Below are positions 40,519 to 51,152 of a stretch of DNA of 64,000 nucleotides, in pieces. This DNA comes from a virus (taxonomy: Duplodnaviria; Caudoviricetes). A program made the position numbers and the translations under genes. The stretch lies in IMG/VR virus record IMGVR_UViG_3300031867_000018, positions 45,016 to 109,015 of that record; one strand, 5' to 3'. Position 1 is the stretch's first letter. Each line of letters opens with the position of its first letter. The notes below the pieces were generated by a model that worked only from the letters and a program-made list of their open reading frames with translations, was not told the origin of the DNA and searched no databases.

Positions 40519-40624
40519 TCAAACCCACCGAGGAATCCCTCGACCACAAAGCCGAGAAACTCACATTAATGAAAGGAGAAATTAATGAATAATAAATGGA
40601 GTATGAACTCCTCGTTAGGTTTGA
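40519..40624 (-). ncRNA. Structured RNA unit 2 with anti-SD/anti-AUG loop
   Basis: Same TCAAACC..GAGGA / TCCTC..GGTTTGA closing stem; loop is complementary to GAAAGGAGAAATTAATG. Confidence 0.6.
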
Positions 40625-41284
40625 AACTGCTTTTTTTGATTATCACAGAAAGCATAAACTGTGTAGAGTGTTTCATATCAACGCTCTGTTTGTGCATTAC
40701 GATTCCAGTTTCGGCATCGCTTTACTCAGTCCTGCAAGTACACAGTCGGTTTTGTCTTTATTATTTAGTGCCGATATTTTTGTCAAAATGTCCGCAAGTG
40801 ATGGCACAGAATAATCGTTTTCTTTCACTTCAATAGTCATATAAATGCCTCCTTTATGTTTATAAGAGTTGTCCTTACCTACAGCATTGGTGTACCTTAC
40901 TGCATACGGTATTGACCTTGCTCAATCAAACAACTAAACTTATTTCCCGCTTTAATCGGCGGGATTTTTTATAATTTTATATTCCTGCATAATTATTTCA
41001 CATAATTGCTCGATTTTCTCCTGAACTTCTTTTTTAATGTGAAAAGCAGAACCTATCGTAATCACAGCTGAAATTTTGCCAAGATCGTCTTCATACGGAA
41101 AAGAAAACTTACTTGATTTTTCTTGATTTACAATATCCCACGGCATATATCCTTCAATATCTATTTTTACTGGATATTCTGAGCCGTTACGGAATGTTTT
41201 ATTTATAAGGAATTTTTTGAGTCTATCATTTTATCTCTCTTTTTATATTGTATATTTTTTTGTTTTGTTGTATAATTAAGAAAA

Positions 41285-41527
41285 TCAAAAATACGGATCA
41301 ACGTGATTTATAATCTCAACAATTTCATCGTCCGCAGATTGCGATCTAACAAGAGATTTGTTGTCTGGGTTATATTTAATTTCAATCGAATCACGCATCT
41401 CTCTATAATGATTTTGCATTAAAGAAATCAATTCGTCTGTTTCTTTATAAGTAAATCCTAATCTGTGTAACATCTGAGAAATTTCAACTAACGCATACAT
41501 AATTTTATTTTTAAGCATTACAACCAC
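41285..41527 (-). CDS. Hypothetical protein
   Basis: ORF with GAGG RBS. Confidence 0.45.
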   Translation of the reverse strand: MVVMLKNKIMYALVEISQMLHRLGFTYKETDELISLMQNHYREMRDSIEIKYNPDNKSLVRSQSADDEIVEIINHVDPYF

Positions 41528-41551
41528 CTCTTTTCGGAAAGGAATGATTTT

Positions 41552-41971
41552 ATGAAACTTACACCTGATTGTGTTAGAGATATACTTTTATATCTTGAAA
41601 ATAATTTAGTAATAGTGAATAGCAATGAATTTTCAGAAATTTCATTAAACCAAATACAAGAAGCTTTGTCTGAAAAATACACAGAAGAAGATGTGATGTA
41701 TAATGTTTACCAACTACATCAAGCACACTTTATTAGCGGTAAAATATATAACCATGGTTCATATATTCTTTCTTTATGTATTATCAATGAAATAACCTTT
41801 GCTGGACATCAATTCTTAGAGACGATACGCCCTGAAACTATTTGGCAAAAGACCAAAACAAGTCTTGGGAAAACAGGGTCATACGCTTTTAATGTTCTTA
41901 CGCAAGTTGCTCAAAATATTGCTATCGAAACGAGTAAAGAAATTGCTTTGAATGCTTTAGGAGTAAAATAA
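41552..41971 (+). CDS. DUF2513-like winged-helix protein
   Basis: 'MKLTPDCVRDILLYLE', 'ITFAGHQFLETIR...W..TK'; AAAGGA RBS. Confidence 0.75.
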   Translation: MKLTPDCVRDILLYLENNLVIVNSNEFSEISLNQIQEALSEKYTEEDVMYNVYQLHQAHFISGKIYNHGSYILSLCIINEITFAGHQFLETIRPETIWQKTKTSLGKTGSYAFNVLTQVAQNIAIETSKEIALNALGVK

Positions 41972-42007
41972 TCTCTTTCCTATCTATCATAGAGAATTGA
42001 ATATTAC

Positions 42008-42241
42008 TCAATTACCAAACCCAAGTAATTCGTTAGGAGTAATCTGCAAGGCTTTGCATAATTTAATAATATCGCTGTCGCTGTTCATATCTAACCCTTT
42101 ATCTAATTCCTTTAAATGAGCTTCCAGTTGATTTATTTTTTCTGTAAGCTCTTTTTGTTTGTGTTGCAGTTGATTTATTTTATACTGAGTGTCCATTACT
42201 TCTTTGAGGTTATATATTTTGTTATTTTGTATAAGTATCAC
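42008..42241 (-). CDS. Cro-like / partial XRE regulator
   Basis: Divergent from the repressor; C-terminus 'IIKLCKALQITPNELLG'. Confidence 0.5.
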   Translation of the reverse strand: MILIQNNKIYNLKEVMDTQYKINQLQHKQKELTEKINQLEAHLKELDKGLDMNSDSDIIKLCKALQITPNELLGFGN

Positions 42242-42446
42242 CTTCTTTGTTTAGTATCGTATGTATTTTTCAATTTTATATTTTGATTTGTGCGATTTAT
42301 GTATTTATAATAGCACGTTATGAAATGTTTGTCAACATATTTTTTCAATTTGAAACATTTTTTTGATTTTTTCTAAATAATTACATATTTACTATTGATT
42401 TTCGTTTCATTTTGTGCTATTCTATAATAGAAGGAGGTGAGACATA

Positions 42447-43238
42447 ATGTTTCAGGACATTATAGAAAAATTAAGAAAAAAAAGAGAGCTAAAAAAAGTA
42501 GATGTAGCAAAAGCTATTGGCGTCGAAGATAGCACTTATAGAAATTATGCGGCAGGTAGACGAGAACCAAGCTATGAAATTCTATGTAAACTTGCAGACT
42601 TCTACAATGTTACTACTGATTACCTTCTCGGTCGTGAACAACAGCCACCGCCAGACCCAATTGAACAGTTTGTTCAGGGAATGGGACTAAGCGAAAACGA
42701 AGCAATACTTGTTAAGACTTTCTTTTCTATAAAGAAAGAAAAAAGAAGGGAATTTATCGAAGCATTTTGCATAGGTGCAAGCGAGGAATTAGAAAAGAAA
42801 AAACAGAAATTAGATGCTATCACCGAAGAACAAACTGCTGCAACAGAAGAAAATAGTGATAATATCGTAGAAATACCACTAATGGTATCACGAGTGTCCG
42901 CAGGAACGGGATGTATGCTCTCGGAAGACGAGATTGACGAGATGTTTGAAATTGACAGAAGTATCTACCCTAAAGCCGATTTTGCTACTAAAGTCCGGGG
43001 AGATAGTATGATTCCCCGATTTAATGACGGAGATGTCGTACTTGTACATAAACAAGAAACGATTGAAAGCGGACAAATTGGGGTATTTATGCTGAATGGC
43101 GACGGATACATAAAGAAATTAGTCGCTGAGAACGGAAAAACAATATTGAGATCTCTTAATTCGGAATATAAAGACATAGAAGTGTCTGAAAATGATAATC
43201 TTATATGTAGGGGGCTTGTATTGTATAGGTTGGAATAA
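42447..43238 (+). CDS. CI/LexA-type repressor (XRE HTH plus S24 peptidase)
   Basis: XRE N-terminus; VSAG cleavage site; GDSM Ser and YIKK Lys. Confidence 0.9.
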   Translation: MFQDIIEKLRKKRELKKVDVAKAIGVEDSTYRNYAAGRREPSYEILCKLADFYNVTTDYLLGREQQPPPDPIEQFVQGMGLSENEAILVKTFFSIKKEKRREFIEAFCIGASEELEKKKQKLDAITEEQTAATEENSDNIVEIPLMVSRVSAGTGCMLSEDEIDEMFEIDRSIYPKADFATKVRGDSMIPRFNDGDVVLVHKQETIESGQIGVFMLNGDGYIKKLVAENGKTILRSLNSEYKDIEVSENDNLICRGLVLYRLE

Positions 43239-43242
43239 AATC

Positions 43243-43275
43243 AAAGCCGTCTCATGTCCGAGACGGCTTGTTTTT
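43243..43275 (+). terminator. Terminator after the repressor gene
   Basis: AAGCCGTCTC/GAGACGGCTT stem followed by T run. Confidence 0.75.
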
Positions 43276-43422
43276 CATCAATCTAATATGATTTTAGTTC
43301 CTTTCAAAAAGCTTGTCAATATATTTTTTAGTTTTTCTGAACTTTTTTATTGTTATTTTATTATGGGTGTAATATAATAATTATAACGAGGTGATTTATA
43401 TGAATAATACATTTTCAAAAAG

Positions 43423-43464
43423 AGTGACATACTCCCACCTCTTAGGTGGTGGGAGTATGTCACT
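43423..43464. repeat. 17-bp perfect inverted repeat resembling an IS200/IS605 end
   Basis: AGTGACATACTCCCACC-N8-GGTGGGAGTATGTCACT. Confidence 0.6.
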
Positions 43465-43481
43465 TTGTTGATTATGTAAAT

Positions 43482-44174
43482 TTATAAACTATTTTCTTTT
43501 GTAACTGCTGCGTTATGTATACACGAAACCAAATTGTAAACTTCATTTATGCAGTTATCAACATAGTTCTCGTTTATATCTTCCTGAATAGCTGTTTCGT
43601 GCTTTCTGTCTATTTGGTGGGCAATTTGGTTCCTTCTTTGAAATAAATTTACAACAAATTGCTTTCCTGTTTCGTAAGAAGAAAACGCAGACGATAAAAC
43701 ATCTTTGAAAGAAATTCCCATTAAATTTACTTGATCTTTCATTTGTTCAAAACCTAAGTAAACTTCTTTACTGAATCTTTCATTTAAGTATTCTGTCAAC
43801 CATTGTACTGATTCGGGTGCAGCAATACCTTTTTCGATATACTTCATCGAAACCATAAGATTTTGATATTTTAAAGATTTTTCCCAACGACCGACAAACA
43901 TGCTACTTATTGCATATTTGCTTAGTTCATGAAGATAAAAGTCGAGTATGGATTCGATAAATACTATTTGCGAACGTAAAACATTCTTTCCTTCGGTTTC
44001 CTTTGATTGATTTATTAATTCTCTTGCTATAGGAGTTTGGTTTTTTATATACTCAAGACTTTCGTCAAAATGCTGTTTTATCTCATCTAAGCTAAAATTA
44101 ACTACTGTTTTAGTTGGTATAGGATCACGGGTATTCTCAGGACGCTGAGATAAAGAAAGACTAATATTGTCCAT
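43482..44174 (-). CDS. HEPN-domain protein
   Basis: All-helical pattern with N-terminal 'ESILDFYLHE' and RxxxxH motif 'RNQIAH'. Confidence 0.7.
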   Translation of the reverse strand: MDNISLSLSQRPENTRDPIPTKTVVNFSLDEIKQHFDESLEYIKNQTPIARELINQSKETEGKNVLRSQIVFIESILDFYLHELSKYAISSMFVGRWEKSLKYQNLMVSMKYIEKGIAAPESVQWLTEYLNERFSKEVYLGFEQMKDQVNLMGISFKDVLSSAFSSYETGKQFVVNLFQRRNQIAHQIDRKHETAIQEDINENYVDNCINEVYNLVSCIHNAAVTKENSL

Positions 44175-44175
44175 T

Positions 44176-45432
44176 CTATTCCTTCTTTCTCTCGGTGAAT
44201 AATTTGGCAAGATTATTATTTAACATGGGTATTGCTCCGTATTTGCCGTTAATGTAGCCTCTGTGAATGTTATCGTCTTTCCGGACATTTTTTATTTCCG
44301 CAAGAGAATATAAATCTGTTGACCTATCTTCCTCTTTTAATTCTGTAAACCATATTTGATCCCTTCTGAAAAGAGACAAATCAAGTATGCTTGTATTATG
44401 AGTTGTAAAAAACAATTGAGCCGGAAAAGTATCTTCTAAATCGGCAAAAGTCTTTATTATGTTATATATCAATGCTTCATGGAAATTTATTTCAAGTTCA
44501 TCGCAAAACAAGATTCTATGATTTTCTATAATGTCCATCAAAGGACAAGCAAACTCGAATATTTTTTTTACTCCATCAGATTCTTCGGACAATAAGTTTG
44601 TCTCAAATGTATCATATACTATATATGCATCTAATCGCTCCGAATATGAGTCAATGATACGGGTTTTAAGTTCTTCACTTAAAATAGATAAAAAATTATC
44701 ATTTTTCAAATCCTGTTTTTTTATTTCTATTCTTATGTCCTGTATGTTAACTCCCAAAGCGTTGGCAAAATTAATCACCTGTTTTTTTACAGCAGGATTC
44801 TTTTTGATTGATGTAAGAGATTTTTCCAGCCAATTTTCATTTGTTTTTTTTCCATAAAAAATCATATCGTCTTTAAAGAAGGAAAATACATCTTTAACAA
44901 CATCTACTTGACTAAAATTAGCAGCACATGATAAAAAAAGGCGATTTGGGGCAATAACATCTTTACAAGTATCAAACTTTCTCTTAAATTTGTCACCTGA
45001 TGCATAAGAATTATTTTCTCTTTCAAATATTTTTACGGCTCTGCCGTTTGGAAAATAATATAAATACTCCCCGGAAACCTCATTTTTGCACAACGAAAAA
45101 CTATATACATATCTTATATTATTTTTGATAAACTGCATATAATACTCGCTTTTTTCATTCTCTCCCAATAATTTATGTGGCAACTGGTGGATCATCGTAC
45201 CGGGTTGATGACTGATACTGTTTAGAACTAATCTTTTTACATACATGATGGCATCTATGAAATTACTTTTCCCGGAACCATTAGCACCATATATAACAGC
45301 ACTTTTAAGTATTTTATATTTTCCAAAAGAAAACAATCGTTCTTGAAATGTATCATCTGTACCTGCGAGTGCAGAAAAAGTTACTTTATCTTTTATGGAT
45401 TTATGATTAGAGCATGAAAATTCCAACAGCAT
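44176..45432 (-). CDS. ABC-type AAA ATPase (RloA/AAA_21-like)
   Basis: YGANGSGKSN, ESDG, LFCDELE, FTTH, RRDQIWF, GKYGAIP. Confidence 0.85.
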   Translation of the reverse strand: MLLEFSCSNHKSIKDKVTFSALAGTDDTFQERLFSFGKYKILKSAVIYGANGSGKSNFIDAIMYVKRLVLNSISHQPGTMIHQLPHKLLGENEKSEYYMQFIKNNIRYVYSFSLCKNEVSGEYLYYFPNGRAVKIFERENNSYASGDKFKRKFDTCKDVIAPNRLFLSCAANFSQVDVVKDVFSFFKDDMIFYGKKTNENWLEKSLTSIKKNPAVKKQVINFANALGVNIQDIRIEIKKQDLKNDNFLSILSEELKTRIIDSYSERLDAYIVYDTFETNLLSEESDGVKKIFEFACPLMDIIENHRILFCDELEINFHEALIYNIIKTFADLEDTFPAQLFFTTHNTSILDLSLFRRDQIWFTELKEEDRSTDLYSLAEIKNVRKDDNIHRGYINGKYGAIPMLNNNLAKLFTERKKE

Positions 45433-45579
45433 AGTAAAACCTCCTCGATTGCACATATTATACCACCTTTCTTATGATTTGACAAGTATTTTTGTTATTA
45501 TTTCTCAAATTTCTTGATATATTCATTAACATGCAGACACAAACAATATATTCTTCATTTTATGATTTGCAATGAAACA

Positions 45580-45609
45580 AAATACCGCCTCATAATTGAG
45601 GCGGTATTT
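45580..45609. terminator. Bidirectional terminator-like hairpin
   Basis: AAATACCGCCTCA/TGAGGCGGTATTT. Confidence 0.7.
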
Positions 45610-46008
45610 TTATATCTGATATGATTTTAATTCCTTTTTTAATATATCTAAGAATTTTTTAACATCACCAAAATAATTTGGGTACGCTTTCTTTAATTGC
45701 TGAAAAGAATCCGCAGAAACAAGCACTATATCTGTGTTTGCTATCTTCTGTTCTTCAAGTTGATTATATTTTGCGTTTGCTTTATCTACCTGCGAAGCAT
45801 TATAAGCAGTAACAGTTAATTGTTTTTCTTTAAGGTCAAGCATAAGCAAGAAATATTTCCCTTTTATACTCTTCTGATGTATCACCGTATTTAATATACT
45901 TCTAATTTCTTCTATTAGCTGATTTTTTCTTAATAGTCTGAGTTCTATAATATCATAATCACTATGTATTTTTAAGTTTTCGGCTATTGCTTTTTCATCG
46001 TGTGGCAA
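45610..46008 (-). CDS. Stand-alone C-terminal domain of RelA/SpoT-like (CapRel-type) proteins
   Basis: 'YFLLMLD...A..Y..LE...DIVLVSA....LKKAYPNYFGD'; no synthetase domain upstream; start uncertain. Confidence 0.55.
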   Translation of the reverse strand: MPHDEKAIAENLKIHSDYDIIELRLLRKNQLIEEIRSILNTVIHQKSIKGKYFLLMLDLKEKQLTVTAYNASQVDKANAKYNQLEEQKIANTDIVLVSADSFQQLKKAYPNYFGDVKKFLDILKKELKSYQI

Positions 46009-46107
46009 TAATTTACAAAAAATCTATAATAGGATATATTCAATTCATTTATAAAATAATTTTATCTATACATTTTATTTACAAAATAATTTTTATTTAT
46101 TTTTAAA

Positions 46108-46554
46108 TTATAAATTATATTTGTCTTTTACTTCTTCTATTGTTAAACCTTTTTCAAGGTCTTTACATATTTTTCCCATTTGTTTATAACTAAATTTAGG
46201 GTCGGCATAAAGTTTAACCTGTTCCATTGTTAAACCATCATCAAAACCATAACGGATTTCACGCATTTGGTCATCATCAAATTTAGGGTTTGCATAAAAT
46301 TTAACTTGTTCCATTGTTAAATCATTCATAAAACCCCAACAGATTTCAAGCATTTGTTCATAATCAAAATCAGGATTAGCATAAACTTTAACTTGTTCTA
46401 TAGTTAAACCACTTTCAAAACCATAACGAATTATGTCCAGTTGCTTATCATCAAACTTACCGCTATTTTCACATTCCTGTATAAAGTTATCTTTATCATT
46501 AGCTATTCTTTTAAAACTTGCTTTTTTATTTAATCTTTTTAATATCCTATTCAT
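46108..46554 (-). CDS. Tandem-repeat protein (about 3.5 x 28-aa repeats)
   Basis: Repeated 'LTxEQVKxYAxPxFxxxQMxxIxxG'. Confidence 0.7.
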   Translation of the reverse strand: MNRILKRLNKKASFKRIANDKDNFIQECENSGKFDDKQLDIIRYGFESGLTIEQVKVYANPDFDYEQMLEICWGFMNDLTMEQVKFYANPKFDDDQMREIRYGFDDGLTMEQVKLYADPKFSYKQMGKICKDLEKGLTIEEVKDKYNL

Positions 46555-46576
46555 ATAAACATCTCCTTTTCAAAAT

Positions 46577-48686
46577 TTATATTTGTATAGATAAAATACT
46601 CGTTTTATTGGTATCTTTTAATTTTTTACAATTTATTTTATTATGTTGTATTGCACTTTGTAAATAATCTTCACATTCCCAGATATTTATTTCGTCATAA
46701 TTACTATTAAATGCGAAATCTTCAATCTCGTTTCGGTATTCGCCCTTCGCAATATTAATAGCTGTACTTTCGTCATCAGCATCTACTATGTAACTAAAAT
46801 GTTTTGTAAACCATACATTATATCTCATATTTCTGTGCCACCTTTCATTTATAATTCCCTCATCAATATTTCCGAAATCGTTATCTGATGAAATTCATTT
46901 ATTTTTAGAGTCATAAAAATATTCCCAATACATCTCATCGTAATCACCGTATTTCGTCAAAAATTTTTCATGCGCTTCATTCATGGCTTCTTTTAATGAT
47001 TCTGTTTCAATTATATATTCTTCTTCTACTAGTTTCCTTACTTTAACTATGTATTTTGTCATTTATAATCATCTCTTTCCTTATTGTTTTTTCTTATTGT
47101 TTAAATAGTCGCAAAACTTTTGACATTCTTCTTTATCAAAGAAAATTATTCCGTCGTATACACTTATATCTTCATATTTTTGCCATTGATATATTTCCGA
47201 TGTTTCACAAAATGTATATTGATCGGTCTCATCTCCATCACAATTTTTATTTCGGCTATACCTAAAATAAAGATATACATCGCTATTTTTCCTGTGTTTG
47301 GGTATAAATTGAGATATTTCAAAACGCTCTGCTTCAACAGGATAATAAATACATTTTTGTTCTCTGCATTCGCACTTTTCTGTTTGGTCACGTCCTCTCG
47401 GTGATTTGTAGTGAATATACCCATCTTTATCACATTTTTCACACTTATCATGAATATATTCGTACTTATACTGAACTGCCCAAGCCGTTTCTGTAAATGG
47501 TTTTATTATTTCATAAAGTCTTGCTTTTTTCACTTCATTCTCTGCCTGAGATATTTTAATATTCAATTCGGATTTAAGATTTTCCAATTCTCTGATTTTT
47601 GCTTCCCAATTCTCTTTTATATCTGTTAATTCTGCGTTGTCTTTTTCGAGTTGTGATATTTTATCCAAAATTTCTTGCTTTACAGATTTCCTCAAAGAAT
47701 TTTTCAACTCTTCGATTTGCATATCAAATTCCGATGGCTCGTAAAAATCTTCTTCGTCATACCACATATCTATTCCTCGCTTTCTATAATTGTTTCTGCA
47801 CTTATAATCTCATTTAATGCTGCTTCTGCACCATCAGCTTTATAAGAGTATGCTCTATACCTTCCGAAACTTTTATCCGTATCAAAATAAACATCTGGGT
47901 GATAGCACTTCCCCGATGTTGTTTCAAATTTTTCAATAAGATTATTTATTTTCGTTGTTACTTTGTCTTTGTTTATTAATTCACCATGCTTTTTAGGTAT
48001 CTCTACAAGTGGGCATTCTTTATCTCTTATCAATTCATTTTCCAAACGATGAAAATTAACTAAACAAAAATAATTGTCTACTACTTTATTTCCAACTATT
48101 TCATTTTCAAATTCAAGAAAATTACAAGTTCCACAGCATTTCGGCATTTCCATACCTTTAATCAAAACACTCATTTATTTCCCTCCCAATCCAACTTCTG
48201 ACCGCAATTACCACAATAATTTGTTTTACCTGTTCCTTCGATAAATGCAACATTACAATTAGGACAACGATACTTCCCAACAGGTGTTCTTTCTTTTTTG
48301 AGAATTTTGGGGATTTGTTTTCTAAGAATTTCTATTGCACTATCTAATGCTGCAATCATCTTATTCCAATTTTCATTTTGCATACCCGTTCTCAATTCAT
48401 GGTGTTTGCGGACAATTCCAAGATATTTAATAATATCACCTATGTTTATATCATTTTCTTTCTCATACATTCGATTATCCTCCTTTACGTTTTAAGCTAA
48501 ATAATATCCTCTACTTTTGACATTTTTCCATTCGTCTGCGAAGAAAATTTTCTCTGCTTCCGATAAATTCCCATAACAATTAACTATCATCTTAACCTTG
48601 ATGATGCTTCTTCCACCTATGCAATTTACTATTTCTTCAGAATATATTTCTTTTATATAATTTTCCAGTAGATTAATTCTTTTCAC
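46577..48686 (-). CDS. Run of small hypothetical phage proteins (46577-46828, 47081-47767, 47770-48174, 48171-48470 Zn-ribbon, 48492-48686)
   Basis: Co-oriented coupled ORFs; CxxC pairs in 48171-48470. Confidence 0.55.
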
Positions 48687-48709
48687 CTCGTTCAGTCAAT
48701 ATTTGTTTA

Positions 48710-50265
48710 TTATCCTTTTTTACTTCCAATAGCATCTTTGATTCCTTCTGCAATTTTAGTTGCTAATTTTACAGGGACAGCATTACCGATCTGAGTGTAC
48801 ATTTTATTCAGACTTCCGGTAAATTCGTATGATAAAGGAAATGATTGCAGTATAGCACATTCTCTGACACTTAATCTTCTCAGCTTATTAACATGGATCT
48901 CAGGGCTGGTCGCAGTGATCGTATCGCTTGGTCGATCCCAGTTAGTGATCCTTAAAGATTGCTCGAATTGTATTTCCTTTTCGACCATGGTAGTTACGAC
49001 TTTATCGTATTTATCATCGAAACCAAGTATTCTTTTTAGTTCCCACCAATCACTCGGCTTGGGTATACTTCCGGAATTATTATCCTTTCTGAACCAATGA
49101 CCTGCTGTATATGAATATCCGAAGTGTTCATCGATTTTTTTTGTAGTCCATTGAGTACCGTCACGCCATTTTTTTAAATAATCGCAGATATCATGCTGAT
49201 CAACTTCATATTTCCTTCCCCAGAAGGTATCAGCGACATTTTCGGAAGCGATATGATTTTTAATTATTATTTCATCACAGTCTTTATCGACTCCAAGTAT
49301 TGAATAAAATCCATCTATATCACAAAGTCCTGTCTTTTTGATATGTTCTTTGATCTCATTATTACTGATACAGATATCTTTTTTTGTAAGCATTTTATCT
49401 GCCAAAAAACCTATAGCCTGTTCGGTAGTTATAGCAGGGAGCAATTCATCGGAAGGCTTGGAAATTCCTTCTACAAAATGTGTTTTTACGGGATAGGGGT
49501 TTTCGACACCGATCCTGTTGCCGATTATAACAACTCTTTCTCTTGTCTGAGGTACACCGTATTCAGCGGCATTAAGAATAGCTGCATCTACTTTATAACC
49601 TATAGTATTACCGTCTTTATCCTTTAAATTTTCAAAATCGGATTTGATCATTTCAAAAACTTTGCCGTTTTCAATGGATAGTAAACCTTTGACGTTTTCT
49701 GCAACGAAAAATTTTGGCTTTTTATCCGAAATAACACGAAGCATTTCTTTATATAAGAAATTTCTTTTATCTTTCATAGATCTTTTGGTATTTGCAACCG
49801 AAAAACCCTGACAGGGGAAACCGCCGATTATAACATCGGCATCATCGGGTATATCACTATCAGATATTTTAGTTATATCCCCGTGTATTATGTGCTTGCC
49901 GATATTTTTTCTGTAGGAATCCACTGCTTCTTCAAAAAAATCATTAGCCCAGATTATTTCAAATCCGGCATTGACAAATCCCATATCCATGCCGCCGGCT
50001 CCTGAAAATAATGAAACTACCTTTAATTTGTCGGGATCATTCTGAATAACATATTCTTCATTTTCGTCCCTGACTAATTCAAAAATATCACTTATATCAC
50101 AATTAAGAACATTACATATTTTAACTAATACATCGGAGCTGACGATCTCCTGCTTTCCTATTTTAGCAAGGGTGTTGCTGCTGATCTTTGCCTGTTTACG
50201 AAGATCTGTTTTAGACATGTTTTTATCTATCAATAATTTAAGTAATTTATTATAACATGCTTTCA
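48710..50265 (-). CDS. XRE-HTH fused C5-cytosine methyltransferase
   Basis: N-terminal HTH; FSGAGG, GGFPCQGFS, ENVKG, PQTRER, RRLSVRECAILQSFP, QIGNAVP in canonical order. Confidence 0.9.
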
Positions 50266-51152
50266 TCTTTGTATTCCTCTCCATACACAGATATTTATTG
50301 TGTTTTCGGTCGGCACAATATCCTCAACATACAAATTCAAGAATGACCTTATAAATGGTTTGATTTCCAGTAATTCTCCTCTGAAAGATGTTCTAACTCC
50401 ACTATCGTCCTCTACGAATATGCAAAAATGTATTTTATATACTTTCAAAATTTCCAATATATCTATTACTTCTGACAGGGTTTTCTTTTCCAATTTTACC
50501 ACCTCTTTTAATTACTCTTGTTTGCTTCTATGGCTTCTTCCTCACTCACATATTCTATATTGTCAGATTTTCCAATGTAACTGTATGCAGTAAACATATA
50601 TTCTTCTTCGTTGTCAAAATTGTCACATAACGGCATATTACTCCCTCTCCTTTCTCTTTCTGTTATTTTTCCACAATTAATTCGCCTATTTCCCCGTCGA
50701 AACTTTCTCTGTCGATTTCCCATATTAATCCGATATATGCACACCTGAAAACATGCGAATTATTCTTAATCAAATTCTTTTTAGCACAATTCGGGATTAG
50801 AACATCGGGAGTGTTTATTTCATTTACGCAATAATGTATCTCACTTTCAACAAACTTGTCCCAATTTTCCTCAAAATCCTTATCAGTCGATGTTGTATGC
50901 TCAAAATAGTGCATCTGCTCGTTGAAAAAATCATACTGTGTGATAAATTCCCAAGATGTGTCATATCCAACATCGCTAAGAATACTAAGAATATCAACAG
51001 TTTCGGATTGAAGCAAGTCTATGGGTATGACGACAATTTTCATAAGACCGCTATCTTGTAATCCTAAAGATTTCGCTCCGGCTCTAACCAAATACTGTTT
51101 CACCTTATTTTTCCGCCTTTCCCTATATTTTCACATAAAATTCTCCGTTATT

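Noticed and set aside
40283-40836. ORFs 40283-40564, 40585-40836 and 40596-40814 as proteins
   Set aside because: They overlap the structured repeat units and have atypical composition; the RNA interpretation fits the wobble pattern better, though + strand peptides are not excluded.
4494-41527. Numerous + strand ORFs of 60-140 aa in the ORF track
   Set aside because: Antisense shadows of clear minus-strand genes, without RBSs or recognisable motifs.
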